From assembly GCF_006345805.1 (NCBI RefSeq), contig NC_043005.1, positions 64,604,001 to 64,668,000 on the forward strand: a stretch of 64,000 nucleotides of DNA. Reading direction: 5' to 3'. The stretch comes from Octopus sinensis. Its lineage: Eukaryota. Below, in pieces: positions 26,013-39,227 of this stretch; positions within the stretch are counted from its first letter, which is position 1, and the number at the start of each line of letters is the position of its first letter. The notes under the pieces were generated by a model that saw only the letters and a list, made by a program, of their open reading frames with translations, was not told where the DNA came from and made no database searches. Both the position numbers and the translations under genes were made by a program.

Positions 26013-26630
26013 TATTAGTAAGAAATATTAAAATGTTAATTATACCGTAGGTCGAATGATCTTGATATGATAAAAAAAAAGAGGATAGAATGGCAGAACT
26101 AATAGAGCATGAAATTAAATACCTTGAATTATATAAAATGATTTCTTCACAATCTGAATTTAAATACTGTTCAAACCTAACCATTCATCTTTCTGAGGGT
26201 GAATAATAAATGACTACCTGCCATGAAATAAGATTGATTAATTCCTCTATAAATCAACAAATTTTGTGATAAAACGTTTACTAATGCTACAAATTATTCA
26301 TGTTTTATGATTAATGATTATCACGACTAGATTATTAGATTAATGACGATAATAATTTCACAAAACTTAGCTTCAATTTCCATCATAGAAATCTTTGCAT
26401 TTTATGTTTCTGGGTAAAGGTCTACATCAGTGATTCTCAACCATTTTTTACATTTGGAAATCTTTGATTCCTATTTTAACACTACTGGATCTCTGTAGCC
26501 GTTCAATATATATATATATATAGATTTATTTATTTATGTAAATAAGGATAAGGTTGTTAATTTAAATATCAATCTTATCAAGTGGCCAACATGAGAATAA
26601 AAAAACTTCTAAGGTAATAATTATTATTAA

Positions 26631-26774
26631 AATTATAATTTAAGATAGCTAAGAGATACCGCCATACTGGAAATAGCACCTGGTGCTGTATGAACGATTA
26701 ATGTGGTTTTAGACTCAAGTTTTGGCGGCTATTTCCAGCATGGTGGTATCTCTTAGATACCCTAGATTATAATT
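26631..26774. repeat. Fold-back (MITE-like) inverted repeat
   Basis: Arms 26650-26677 and 26728-26755 match at 26/28 bp; looser symmetry extends to 26631/26774; 50-bp spacer. Confidence 0.7.
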
Positions 26775-26782
26775 ATATATAT

Positions 26783-26827
<45 letters not shown>

Positions 26828-26964
26828 TTATTTATTTATTTATAAAATCCTAGTGCATATGTTTATAATTGAATATCCTTTGGGATTATATAAAAAAAAT
26901 TAAAATATTTTGTGTATTGTAGAATTAAAAGCAATTTATTGCACATACATTTTAACAACAAAAT

Positions 26965-27193
26965 GCTGACTCATAAGGACTGGTTTCCTGGTTTCTATGG
27001 TGTGTATATTCCCCACCTGGACAGGACGCTAGTCAGTTGCAGGATTACTCATTTTTGTTATCTGAGTGGACGGGAGCAACATGAAATTAAGTGTTTTACT
27101 CAAGAACACAACGTATTGCCCGGTCCAGGAATAGAAACCACAATCTTAGGATTATGAGTTCATCACCTTAGCCACTAAGCCACATTCCTCCAC
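26965..27193 (-). mobile_element. tRNA-derived SINE (family E)
   Basis: Minus strand GTGGAGGAATGTGGCTTAGTGGCTAAGG (A box)...GGTTTCTATTCC (B box)...TGTTCTTGAGTAAAACACTTAATTTCA. Confidence 0.75.
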
Positions 27194-27635
27194 TCCACAT
27201 TATGAGGTTTTGTGCTAAGGCAAGAGGAACACAACTTCATCTAGGATATGAAATTTATGCTTCTACAAAGAATCAACATTTCCTGATAGCAGAGCTGAAC
27301 ACTGGACACTTGATTGTGAAGATGATGTACTAATTGAGGAAGAAGAAATAGGGCAGGACTAAAAGAAAAGAAAAAAAAACCCACACTCAGACATTGGAAT
27401 GTTGGTGATAGCCACACCTATGGCCTATCCTACCAAGAGAACCAATATATTTCTAGATGTTGGATCATTTTTGTAATATTCAATGCTATGAATACTCATG
27501 GGTGCCTTTCAGTGCACCATATTCCAATGTGAGGAGTGACATTTGAACATTGTGGGATACTTCAACCTAACATAGATGGTTGTTGCTCACCTGAGGGGAT
27601 GGAAACTTCTTGTTTCTAGTGATTTTTATTATGTA

Positions 27636-27937
27636 TTAGCACTATGACCCAGCATACTGTCCAAATCTCTGACCAATCACATACAGCTAGCTGGCATTCA
27701 ATTGGCGTATCAAGTTTTGGGCACTTTGCTTGGGTTTTGGATAGAAGATTCACAAAAAAGTCACTTCTATTGATTTTTTAATAGCTTTGCAGGGTGACTG
27801 GGGAAATGTAAAGATGTGCATGACCACCCTTGGACGGTTTTGAATGGCCATAGAAAGTGCAAGCCCTCTAACTGAAAATTTGCGGATTTGTATAAAGGAT
27901 ACACACGCAGACATTTTGCCGTTTATATATAGAGAGA
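27636..27937 (-). mobile_element. Non-autonomous Helitron-like element
   Basis: Minus strand 5' A|TCTCTCTATATATAAA...; 3' ...GGGTCATAGTGCTAA|T (CTAG decayed). Same end architecture as 37262-37658. Confidence 0.6.
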
Positions 27938-27947
27938 TATCTATGTT

Positions 27948-28145
27948 AAGGTGGTGAGCTGGCAGAAATGCTTAGTGGTATTTCGTTTGCCTTTACGTTC
28001 TGAGTTCAAATTCCGCTGAGGTTGACTTTGCCTTTCATCCTTTCGGGGTCAATAAATTAAGTACCAGATGCATACTGGAGTCAATCTAATCGAGTGGCCC
28101 CATCCCCCAAAATTTCAGGCCTTGTGTCTAGAGTAGAAAAGATTA
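27948..28145 (+). mobile_element. Family B SINE
   Basis: AAGGTGGTGAGCTGGCAG...GAGTTCAAATTCC...CCTTTCATCCTTTCGGGGTCAATAAATTAAGTACCAG...GAGTAGAAAAG. Confidence 0.9.
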
Positions 28146-28304
28146 TGTATATCTATCTCATTTAATTATATTTTGATTATATGGAGTACATTGTTTGTTG
28201 ATCTTACCTGTAATGGAACAGTAAACCTTGTATATATATATATGTATGTACATACCTACATATGTTAATACATATATATGTATATCATTATATTTTCTTG
28301 ATTT

Positions 28305-28745
28305 TTTTTTTTTTTTGCTTGTTTCAGCTTTTGGACTAAAACCATGCTGGTGTAACACTATGAAGTGTCTGGTTGAACTAATTGACCCCAGTACTTATTT
28401 TATCAAGTACAGTACTTATTCTATTTGGACTCTTTCATCAAACCACTAACTTACAGGAAGATAAACAAACCAATATCATTTGTCAAGTAGTAATAGAGAA
28501 TAAACATACCACAAAGACACACACACACACATGTAGATACACTTACACATGAGCACACACATGCATTCACACACACACACACACACACCACACACACACA
28601 CACGCACACACACATGACAAGCTTCTTTCAGTTTCTATCTACTAAATCCATTTACAAAGGTTTGGTCAGTCTGAGGCTATAGTAGAAAACACTTTGCCCA
28701 AGGTGCTGTGCAGTGAGACTGAACCCAAGATCACTATACTGTGAA
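28305..28745 (-). mobile_element. Family A SINE (diverged)
   Basis: TTGTTTCAGC...CCATGCTGG...GACCCCAGTACTT...(CA)n...GACAAGCTTCTTTCAGTTTC...GCCCAAGGTGC. Confidence 0.8.
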
Positions 28746-29658
28746 ACGACTCTGTCCTACAACTTATTTTATATAAATCTGAGTTGCTCATCCTCACATG
28801 TTTCATTATACTTTTGTACAGCTTTATAGCTTGCATGAATGGGTCTTAATGGTAAACAAAAGAATACAACAGCAGCAGCCATCACTACTACCATCTTCCC
28901 TAGGGACATATCTTTCAGATCTCTCAAACAAGCCAAGATTTTTATCATATTTAACTCAATGAAAATTTTTACTTTTTGAGTTATTTTGCACATGAGATTT
29001 CCAAATCTGTGAATGTATCTATTCCAGTACCTGGGGTCGATGAAGGCCTTTAGACATTTCAAAAACTTTTTTCCAAAACAGTTTCTTGTGTTTGGAATAC
29101 ATTCAATATAGCTCCCTCTATTAGAGAAACACTAAGAGGTACTAACAGGAAAAGGTGTAGCACTTGATACACAATAGAACAGAAGTGTTTGAAATAATCT
29201 TTGAGAATACAAAAACATATTTTAAAAAAGGATAAGCAAAATTCAAAAAAAGATAAACAGAGAAAAAAAATAATGTGAAACAAACATACATTTGTAACCA
29301 CAAACTGTCACGATTTGGTATCTGAAGGTGACAATTAGCACGATATAAACAGAAGTAAAAACAACACACATATTTTGACAAAAAAAAAAGAAAAACATTT
29401 TTTAACTAAAAAAAATGTAAGGTTTGTTTTTAGACAGATGGTTTTTTTCTCTTATCTCTCCACATACTTATAGAGAATAGCTACAACAAAAAGCAGTATT
29501 GCTCTCATAAATCAGGCTTAAACAAATAGAAAATGATGAAGACTACCAATACAAAGAAAAATGTCAACAAAATTATTATACGAGAAACAAATATTTTAAG
29601 AGAGCGATGAACAATTCTGGTGATTTTTCCTTTTCCCTTTAGCAACAACAAAACTTGT

Positions 29659-29692
<34 letters not shown>

Positions 29693-30776
29693 ATGCGTAC
29701 GCACACACACACACACCACACGCACACACACATGACAAGCTTCTTTCAGTTTCTATCTACTAAATCCATTTACAAAGGTTTGGTCAGTCTGAGGCTATAG
29801 TAGAAAACACTTTGCCCAAGGTGCTGTGCAGTGAGACTGAACCCAAGATCACTATACTGTGAAACGACTCTGTCCTACAACTTATTTTATATAAATCTGA
29901 GTTGCTCATCCTCACATGTTTCATTATACTTTTGTACAGCTTTATAGCTTGCATGAATGGGTCTTAATGGTAAACAAAAGAATACAACAGCAGCAGCCAT
30001 CACTACTACCATCTTCCCTAGGGACATATCTTTCAGATCTCTCAAACAAGCCAAGATTTTTATCATATTTAACTCAATGAAAATTTTTACTTTTTGAGTT
30101 ATTTTGCACATGAGATTTCCAAATCTGTGAATGTATCTATTCCAGTACCTGGGGTCGATGAAGGCCTTTAGACATTTCAAAAACTTTTTTCCAAAACAGT
30201 TTCTTGTGTTTGGAATACATTCAATATAGCTCCCTCTATTAGAGAAACAGTAAGAGGTACTAACAGGAAAAGGTGTAGCACTTGATACACAATAGAACAG
30301 AAGTGTTTGAAATAATCTTTGAGAATACAAAAACATATTTTAAAAAAGGATAAGCAAAATTCAAAAAAAGATAAACAGAGAAAAAAAATAATGTGAAACA
30401 AACATACATTTGTAACCACAAACTGTCACGATTTGGTATCTGAAGGTGACAATTAGCACGATATAAACAGAAGTAAAAACAACACACATATTTTGACAAA
30501 AAAAAAAGAAAAACATTTTTTAACTAAAAAAAATGTAAGGTTTGTTTTTAGACAGATGGTTTTTTTCTCTTATCTCTCCACATACTTATAGAGAATAGCT
30601 ACAACAAAAAGCAGTATTGCTCTCATAAATCAGGCTTAAACAAATAGAAAATGATGAAGACTACCAATACAAAGAAAAATGTCAACAAAATTATTATACG
30701 AGAAACAAATATTTTAAGAGAGCGATGAACAATTCTGGTGATTTTTCCTTTTCCCTTTAGCAACAACAAAACTTGT

Positions 30777-30812
<36 letters not shown>

Positions 30813-30830
30813 ATGCGTACGCACACACAC
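28600..30830. repeat. Near-identical 1,118-bp tandem duplication bounded by (CA)n tracts
   Basis: CATGACAAGC at 28613 and 29731; the ORF track repeats with offset 1118; one substitution noticed (AAACACTAAG vs AAACAGTAAG). Confidence 0.95.
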
Positions 30831-32364
30831 ACACACACACGCACACACATGGAAACAAACACAAGCTTTGCTAAATGAAAATAATGGTAGAGATTTGAGC
30901 AGAGTAAGTTTCCTGCTCGGCATAAAACTTTCAACAGAAAAGCTTTAAAATATGCAACACTTAGATGCAAAAAATGAGCACTTTTCTGTCTGAAGCTGTC
31001 ACACAAGCACGAGAAAAAAAGAATGTGGCATACCTTTGCCTTGCAGAAATCACAGAAGCTTCTTAAGTGCCATTCAATAACGATTAGAAGCAGACAACTT
31101 TACTGATGCGCAGAATGAGAGGACAATATGCTCTTTCATACCCCAACATAAGGCATAAGGGATCATATGGTACTGAGTTATTTTTATAATTGAAAACAGT
31201 ACAGAGGGAAGCGCAGTTAGGGAATTACACACCTACCAATAGACAAATACCACAGTATTTGGGACAAAGAAACATGAAGGCCACAACAAAAGATATTGGT
31301 GACAATTATGACCTTGTTCACAGTCACTTTTATAATACAGAATGAGCATGTGTCCAGTATTGATATGAGCTTTAGGGATCTGCAGTCAAACAAGATCTCT
31401 GTGAACATGCCACAACACCTCATGACACTACCAAAACCAGAAAACAATTCTAGAGTTGTATTTTTCTCAGCACCATTATTGGAACTGAGAGAAGAACATT
31501 ACAACTGGCTGGTTATTTAATAGATTTCTATCCAGAAGGGCTAAAAGAGGAAAGACATCAACAAAATCAGTACCCCATGGATACTGCAGTTCTTCAGGCC
31601 CCACTAGACACAGCTTTGGATGCATTGAAGAATACTTCATCCTCAGTTCGTGGAATTGATCTTGGGGATGAGGAACTCTTTGCCAACCAGAACAAATAGC
31701 AACACGCTATCATCTTGAGATAATGAATAAGAGATAGAATGTGAGAAAAGGTGGGATACAACTAGAAATAGTGGAAAAGGTAAGAAAAGTAAAATGAAAA
31801 CACCTCAAGATAGAGCAAGGAAAATGTCTATGGAAGTATTCCTCTTTCTATCCCTATGATGAAATGAAAACAAATGAAGAGCTGGAAGAACTACTAAACA
31901 ACCTCAAGAATGAATTGATTGAAGCGGAGATAGGCTGAGGTGTACCTCATGACAGACACAAGACTCTTACAACCACTCTGTCAGCTATTAATGTACACCG
32001 TCCCAGCGAATATGAGGTATTTCTTACCCAATCTACCACTGGTGATGCTCACAAACACCCTCAGATATAGCAATTTCAATGTGTGGCAGTTAAGTCAGTA
32101 TCTCAGAGTGCTCTGGTTCAATCTCTTTGTGACAGAACCAGGAGTTTTCACAACCACTGTCGTAATTTCAACATCTTTCATGCTTCAAACCATTGCAAAT
32201 TCTCTTTCAGATCTTAGTATTCTTCAATCTCGTTCTTTCTCAGGCACTCTGTTGTCACCTGTATTTCTGTGTTTCTTTTTCATTGATGACAACAATATGT
32301 AGTCTTCTTACATTGAATGCTAAAATCTCATAACGTTGCCTTTTCCTTTTTTCATGTACATTAA

Positions 32365-32585
32365 CCCTTTCGTTACCAACCCGGCTAAAACTGGCTCTGG
32401 CTCTGTAGTATAAATGTCTTGTTTTCAAAAGTTTGGAATAAAAATCTTCCACCAAACCTTAGTCACAATTTATGTTCCTAACACTAGCTTAATGATAACT
32501 AAGTTATTTTACTAAATTCTTTGTTATATTTAAAGTAATTGAAAGAAACACAGAGCATCTCAAAATAAATACCATAATGAAAGAG
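32365..32585. mobile_element. piggyBac-like MITE (family P1)
   Basis: TTAA|CCCTTTCGTTAC ... ATAATGAAAGAG|TTAA, with TTAA at 32361-32364 and 32586-32589. Confidence 0.85.
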
Positions 32586-32934
32586 TTAAGTTGTTTTTAC
32601 CATAATTTCCATTGAATATGCACACAATATTATACTTAGTTTTGTATTCACTTTGTGCAAATTTACTGTATTCATTAATGATTTCACATCTTTCATCACA
32701 GAGTCTATATATGGGTGATTTAACCGTATTATCAACATGACATTTCACATAATTTAAGTGCTTAAATCTTGAGCTGTACAGATTAAAACTTCAGTTTCAA
32801 CTGTTAGGCTAAAATTTTGCACCCACTCTCAAGTCCCTTGTTTATCCATGTCACTGCTTGTATCTTTGACAAACTGTTCATTTGTTTTCCATTCCAGTAG
32901 CCCACTTATCTTTATTCTGATCCTCTTATATTCT

Positions 32935-33130
32935 ATTCTTTATTCTTTCATTTGTTTCAGTCATTTGACTACGGCCATACTGGAGCACCGCCTTTAGTCA
33001 AACAAACTGACCCCAGGACTTATTTTTTGTAAGCTTAGTACTTATTCTATAGGCCTCTTTTGCTGAACTGCTAGGTTACGGGGACGTGAACACACCAACA
33101 TCAGTTGTTAAGCAATGGTGGGGGGACAAG
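32935..33130 (-). mobile_element. Family A SINE, 3' half
   Basis: TTTGTTTCAGTCATTTGACT...GGAGCACCGCCTTTAGTC...ACACACCAACATC. Confidence 0.85.
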
Positions 33131-33931
33131 TCAATTTTCTTCATATTTGTACTGGTATACTGGTATACTTTTTTCTTTTATTCCTTTTGTTTTATTTTAT
33201 ATTTAGTGCTATATATGTCGTTTATAAAACTATAAAAAAAAAGTGCTAAATTTCTTGCTCTGTATCATGCACTCGAACATATATACAAGATTAAACAAAT
33301 ATTACTTTATGGATAGTGCAGAAATACTCAAAAATAAAAGAGGACCCCTATGGCCTTTTCTGTAATTCCAACCCTGCCACCCCACAAAGGGTTAATTTTT
33401 AATTTTAATCTTCTCTTATATTCTTCACAAAATAATTGCTTCATTCTAATCTTATTGATCTTGTCAATTTCTAGTATTGCTTGCTCCCTAAATTCATTTT
33501 GCCAAAGTTCTTCCTAGCATGTGCTAACAGCGTTTCCCCTTTTCTCATGAGTATACTAAACATTTTTATTCAGTATTCCTACGTGTTAATTCTCTTAACA
33601 CAGTCCTAAAACAATTCAGCTTAATCATCTTTCATGATTGAAGTCAGCCCAGTCGCCTGATGTGTAAGATCATGTACAAAGAGCAGCCTTAATGAAGTAA
33701 TTATAGTTCTTTTTACATGTACTGCAATTAAAATTTCATTTTATAATACTTGTATAGGCTGTGATCCAAAGACATAGTCAAAAATATGTTTTCACAATAA
33801 CAATAATAATTCTTTCTAATCTTGGCACAGGGCCAAGGTAAAAAGGCAGAGTCAAATCCATCAGTATTTAAGCTCAATAAATAGCCCAAAGGAATGCTGC
33901 TATGCAATTTGATCAATGCAGTAATGATTCT

Positions 33932-34164
33932 TATTTCTTTACTACCCACAAGAGGCTAAAGACAGGAGGGACAAACAAGGACAGAAAAATGGATTAAGAC
34001 GATTATATCGACCCCAGTGCATAACTGGTACTTATTTAATCGACCCCGAAAGGATAAAAGGCAAAGTCGACCTCGGTGGAATTTGAACTCAGAATGTAGC
34101 AGCAGATGAAATACCGCTAAGCATTTCGCCTGGTGTGCTAATGCTTCTGCCAGCTTGCCGCCTT
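33932..34164 (-). mobile_element. Family B SINE with 15-bp TSD
   Basis: TGCAGTAATGATTCT at 33917-33931 and 34175-34189, with about 10 extra bases at the 5' junction. Confidence 0.9.
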
Positions 34165-34802
34165 GTGTGTAATGTGCAGTAATGATTCTGAAAGCTCACT
34201 AACTTCAATGTTTTCAAATTTTGGCAGAAGGTCACCAGTTTTAGAGGAAAGTGTAAGGTGAGTACATTGATTCCAGTGCTTGGCTTTTACTTTATTTCCT
34301 CAATCCCCAAAATAAGAAAAGCGAAGTTAAACATAGAATTTTTAGTTGTTGTTTCTCGATATGGTCAGACATCATTTTTTTTTTCTTTTGGCTAAGGTGT
34401 AAAAATTAAATTTCAATGAATTTCCCAAAAATTGGATTATTATTAATGCATCTTATCGTGTGAAGGTGTTGCCTTTGATTTATCATATATTCTGTCATAT
34501 TTCTAGAAAAGAATTATTGAAAATTTTTCTTTTGCTAGCTGACATTTAATACAAAATGTCATGTAAGTACATTCACTCCTTCATTGAACAAAAACATTTT
34601 CACAGACAACACATTGAAAACAAAAAAATATCATAAATAAAAACATGAACATTTAAAACTGATAATACTAATGTATTTGGTGTTTCTGATACAAATAAAA
34701 GTATATTTCAAGATTCATGCCACAAAAACAATAACAATAGTAACACAATTTTTCAACACATATACATTTGTAAACATCATCTAAAACAAGCAGGTCCTTA
34801 GC

Positions 34803-35024
34803 TTACTCTTTTACTCTTCCACTTGTTTCAGTCATTTGACTGTGGCCATGCTGGAGCACCACCTTTAGTCGAGCAAATCGACCCTAGGACTTACTCTTTG
34901 TAAGCCTAGTACTTATTCTATCGGTCTCTTTTGCCGAACTGCTAAGTTATGGGGACGTAAACACACCAGCATTGGTTGTCAAGCGAAGTTGGGGGGACAA
35001 ACATAGACACACAAACACACACAA

Positions 35025-35055
<31 letters not shown>

Positions 35056-35223
35056 CATATATGATGGGCTTCTTTCTGTTTCCATCTACCAAATCCACTC
35101 ACAAGGCTTTGGTCAGCCTGAGGCTCTAGTAGAAGACATTTGCCCAAGGTGCCACATAATGGGACTGAACCCGGAACCATGTAGTTCATAAGCAAGCTAC
35201 TTACCACACAGCCACTCCTACGC
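34803..35223 (-). mobile_element. Family A SINE
   Basis: Complete family A structure, reverse orientation. Confidence 0.9.
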
Positions 35224-35752
35224 CTTGAACAGATTACCTGTCTAAGACTGTTTTCCAAAAAAGTGAGAGGAGAAAGTCAATGTGCATATGTCCTTGTGTA
35301 TCAAGCACTAGCCAAAATATAGGATAGTATTTTATGCATCGAGTTACAGTCCGTCCTTGTTGTGGGACTGAGGACAATGCCAAATGAAAGGCAGAAGTGG
35401 TAAGATCCATACTCAGCCATACACTTGTACCACAGTACATGAGTGAATGTAACATAAGAGCACTAAAACCAATATGTGCCACCAGTTTAGAGTGGATATG
35501 TATATATGCACATACAGTACATGAATGCACATAGAGCACAATATATGTTTCATTATCTGAACCAGGTTATTATTGCAATGGAGGATGTCGAAAGAGAGAA
35601 GCTTTTGTGTAGGGTCTTTTGCTGCTACCAAGTGTACCCACTCTACTTAATAAGTGCACTGAGTACTCATTTGCACTAGGAGCCTACCTACAACTGATAA
35701 GAAGACTTTCATTTTTAATTACCCTTTGTCCTTTTCTGTTAATTGTTTTCAT

Positions 35753-36165
35753 ACTCTTTACTCTTTTACACTTTTACTTGTTTCAGTCATTTGACTGTGG
35801 CCATGCTGGAGCACCGCCTTTAGTCAAGCAAATCGACCCCAGGACTTATTGTTTGTAAGCCTAGTACTTATTCTACCATCCCTTTTGCCAAACCGCTAAG
35901 TTACAGGGATGTAAACACGCCAACATGGTTTGTTAAGCGATGTTGGTGGGGGGAAAAACACAAACACACAAACATACACACACATATATATACATATATA
36001 CGATGGGCTTCTTACAGTTTCCGTCTACCAAATCCACTCACAAGCCTTTGGTCGGCCCGAGGCTATAGCAGAAGACACTTGCCCAAGGTGCCACACAGTG
36101 GGACTGATCCGGGAACCATGTGGTTGGTAAGCAAGCTACTTACCACACAGCCACTCCTACGCCTA
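35753..36165 (-). mobile_element. Family A SINE
   Basis: Complete family A structure, reverse orientation. Confidence 0.9.
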
Positions 36166-37261
36166 TGCATCCATTCTGTTTTGCATTATAAAACTCATGA
36201 CACACACAGTATCCTAACACTTTTGTCCATCTATCAACATTCTTCTCTCTTTCTCTGACTCTTCTATCTTTTCCTCCTCCATCTCTTCGTTTCTCTCTCT
36301 CTCTCTCTCTTTCTCTCCCTCTTTGTCTTTCTCCTATGTTCTTCCTGCTCTTTAGTATTTCTATCCCTGCTGCTTATTATTTTTCTGTCTCTGATCTTAT
36401 TTCAATGTGGATTGACTTGAGACTAAACAGCAACATCAATACAATTATCAAGAACAATATGTTCCACCAACTACCACCACCAACAACACCCCTGCCACCA
36501 CCATCACCACCACCACCACCATCATCGACTCCAAAATCAATACAACAAACACCACCATTACTGCTCACCCACCAAATTTCAAATAACCAACTGGCAACAA
36601 TAGTAATAGTATCAACATTATCCAATGACTATAGCTACATTTGTTCTGTCAATACAACAGTGTTTGTATGTGTTAGCAGATGTGTGAGAGAGAGAGAGAG
36701 AAAGAAAGAGAAAGAGAAAGAGAGAGAAGATTGTGGAGTTTTTATGGCTTAAGTCAGAAGTGTAACAAGTGAAGTGTACAGGAACCTGGTAATTCGTCAA
36801 CAAACTTAATTCTACAGTACTTTCCCCCCACCCCACCTCACCTCACTTCTTCACACTTTCATCCTCTCGTGTCCATTCTTACATCCATAGGAATAACACA
36901 GTTTTCCTTTCTCGCGAAATGGTTTTTTACTGGTGCTATTATTATTCTTTTACGACATATTTGTTGTTGATAATTGTTGATCTCTGGCACTATTGAATTT
37001 ACCTAAAATTCAAGATGTCAGGAAAGACATCATCAAGTGGAACTGAAGACTGTAGTGCAAAAAGGAATCATAAAAGAGTTAATAAAATTGATGTTTTAGA
37101 AGGGCTTGATGTGAGATTAAACAAATCAGCCACGTTTTGAAACAATACAGTTTGTAATGTCAACACTGGAAACAAAATGTGATAACAGTGAGGAACTGTG
37201 ATAACAGTCAAGTGCTCAAGAAGTTACTACTTTAACTTATTGGATTTTATTTTTTCATAAA

Positions 37262-37658
37262 CTAGCAGTATTGCCTGGCGTTGCTCAGGTTTGTTTTCTT
37301 TTTGACCTTTTAGAATTGGAATTTTTGAAAAGTAAAAATTTTGAATTATGTAGCTTGTTATTCACTGTAAGTGAACATTTTTCTGGTTGAAATACACCAA
37401 AAAATGGTGACACAGCAGTCAAAAAATCCTAAAAAATAGGGATTTTCATAGAAAAAAGCACCTTTTTGATGTAAATAATTTTTGGTGTTAACATGATCCG
37501 TTTTGAATTTTTTCTTCTACGGAAGGAAGAGCAAGCCTTCTTCTATCATACTCTCATTTTTAGTCAACTTGAGCTGCAGGGTCTCAGAGGAGATAGTGTT
37601 AGTTGAAGGCTATCAAACCTGCCATACACAGACAACTTCAGCTTTATATATATAGAGA
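37262..37658 (-). mobile_element. Non-autonomous Helitron
   Basis: Minus strand A|TCTCTATATATATAAAGCTGAAGTTG...GAGCAACGCCAGGCAATACTGCTAG|T: 5' TC, 3' CTAG, A/T insertion site, GC-rich subterminal segment, no TSD. Confidence 0.8.
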
Positions 37659-38795
37659 TCTAATTGGATGTTTACGATAAAACAATTTTGGAGTGTATGA
37701 TCAAGAATTAGATTCAAAGTAATGTACTGATAAGCATGACGGTAATTTTAAAAAGCCAAAAGTTTATAGGATAATTTGCAAAAAAAAGTGAAATTTCTAA
37801 TAAAAATCCTTTGTCCTCACCAACATCACTTGACAACCAATGCTTGGTTTACAAACAGTTTTTGTCCTGCTGTAAAAAAGGTGTTATTTCCAAACAAAGC
37901 ATTGCTCCATTTAAACAATGAAGCAGGCCACCCAGTAAGCTTTCTGATTATGTGAGAGAGGAATTTATCTCCAAGAATAAAAATGGATCAAGGTGTGCTA
38001 GCTAACTTCAAGTTGTATTGTTTGAGAACTTCCAAACAACTTATGAAAACAATTGATAAGAAGAATAAGCCTACAGTAAGAGACTTCTAGAAAAAATTCA
38101 ACATAATGATGCTAAGAAAAATGCATCACAAGGAAGCATCTGTGGCTTTACAAGTTTTCTATAAGCAGAAAGTCTACACTAAAATCAGAAAGATATTTGA
38201 CACTTGAAAATTATGTAGGCTTTCACGAAGTCATAGAAGATTATTTGGTTCAGCTGCTAATGTCCTACAGAGAAATCTTATCTCACAAGAAGCTAATGCT
38301 TTCGAACATGACTGAGCTAAAGATATAGGTCAGAATATGGAAATTCCACCTACTCTGCTAAAATTGACTACAAAAAATATTCTGAATGAGTTGGCACTTA
38401 GAGACAAAGGTCAGCAGGTATTTTTTGCTGATAACAACGCTAATTATAAATATAGTGTAAAAATCACTAAAGGTAGTTTACAATGAGCTCTCTTACTCTT
38501 TGATTCTCCATATGCATCAAATAATTGTGGATAAGTTCTTCACTCTCAGCTAGATGTTGATGATGATGATGAAGTATAAGATAGAAGAGAGTGTCCTTCA
38601 TCCAGCCAGTAGCTCTCATTCTACCATCACACTTCTCTCACTGGTCAACATTCATTTTGGTAAAAGCATTCCCAACTACCATTTTACCATTATGTATATT
38701 CGCAACATATTTCTCTTCAAATGCTTATGTGTATACATAGAGTACCATGTATGTGAAGCACTTGTTATTTTCATGCCTAAAAGTGATTGTGTTGC

Positions 38796-38850
<55 letters not shown>

Positions 38851-39041
38851 CTTATTTATTTATTTATTGAAAAGTAGTTGTAGGAATGCATTATCACTTT
38901 ATAACATAAAAATCAGTGGGAAAATGAATTTTGCATTAAAGGATTTCATGTTACAGCAAATGTTTTACGAATGCATCACTCTGGTAACACAGGGGATTCC
39001 TCTGTGTGTGTGTGTGTGTGTGTATCTATATAAATATATAA

Positions 39042-39227
39042 AGGGAAAGTTTACAAAAGTAAACAAAAGACGAAGGCAGGTGGTGTACAAACAAACAGAT
39101 GTATTAGTATAGCACTCAGGAATAGAAAAAGTCTTTTACATTTCGAGCCTATGCTCTTCTACAGAAAGGTACACAGAAAAAACAAGGAGAGAAAAAAATG
39201 TGTGTAGTAGCTAACGATCAATCATGG
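39042..39227 (-). mobile_element. Penelope-like pLTR fragment carrying a hammerhead-like motif
   Basis: Sits between (TG/TA)n tracts and contains the motif at 39133-39168. Assignment rests on the ribozyme architecture. Confidence 0.5.
39133..39168 (-). ncRNA. Minimal hammerhead-like motif with variant core (CUGUAGA)
   Basis: Minus strand CTTT-CTGTAGA-A-GAGC(ATAG)GCTC-GAAA-TG-TA-AAAG. Stems I and II are perfect; core position 6 is U instead of A. Confidence 0.45.

Noticed and set aside
26428-26520. hAT-like terminus CAGTGATTCTCAACC
   Set aside because: No matching opposite TIR or 8-bp TSD found in the window.
28769-30336. Duplicated ORF with a hydrophobic stretch (KMVVVMAAAVVFFCLP) reminiscent of GPCR TM6
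   Set aside because: No other TM helices or family motifs in frame and no convincing splice sites. It appears twice only because of the tandem duplication.
36290-36752. Proline-rich 138-aa ORF and poly-His/poly-Asp ORFs elsewhere
   Set aside because: They derive from (CCA)n, (GA)n, (CT)n and (GAT)n simple repeats or retroposon tails.
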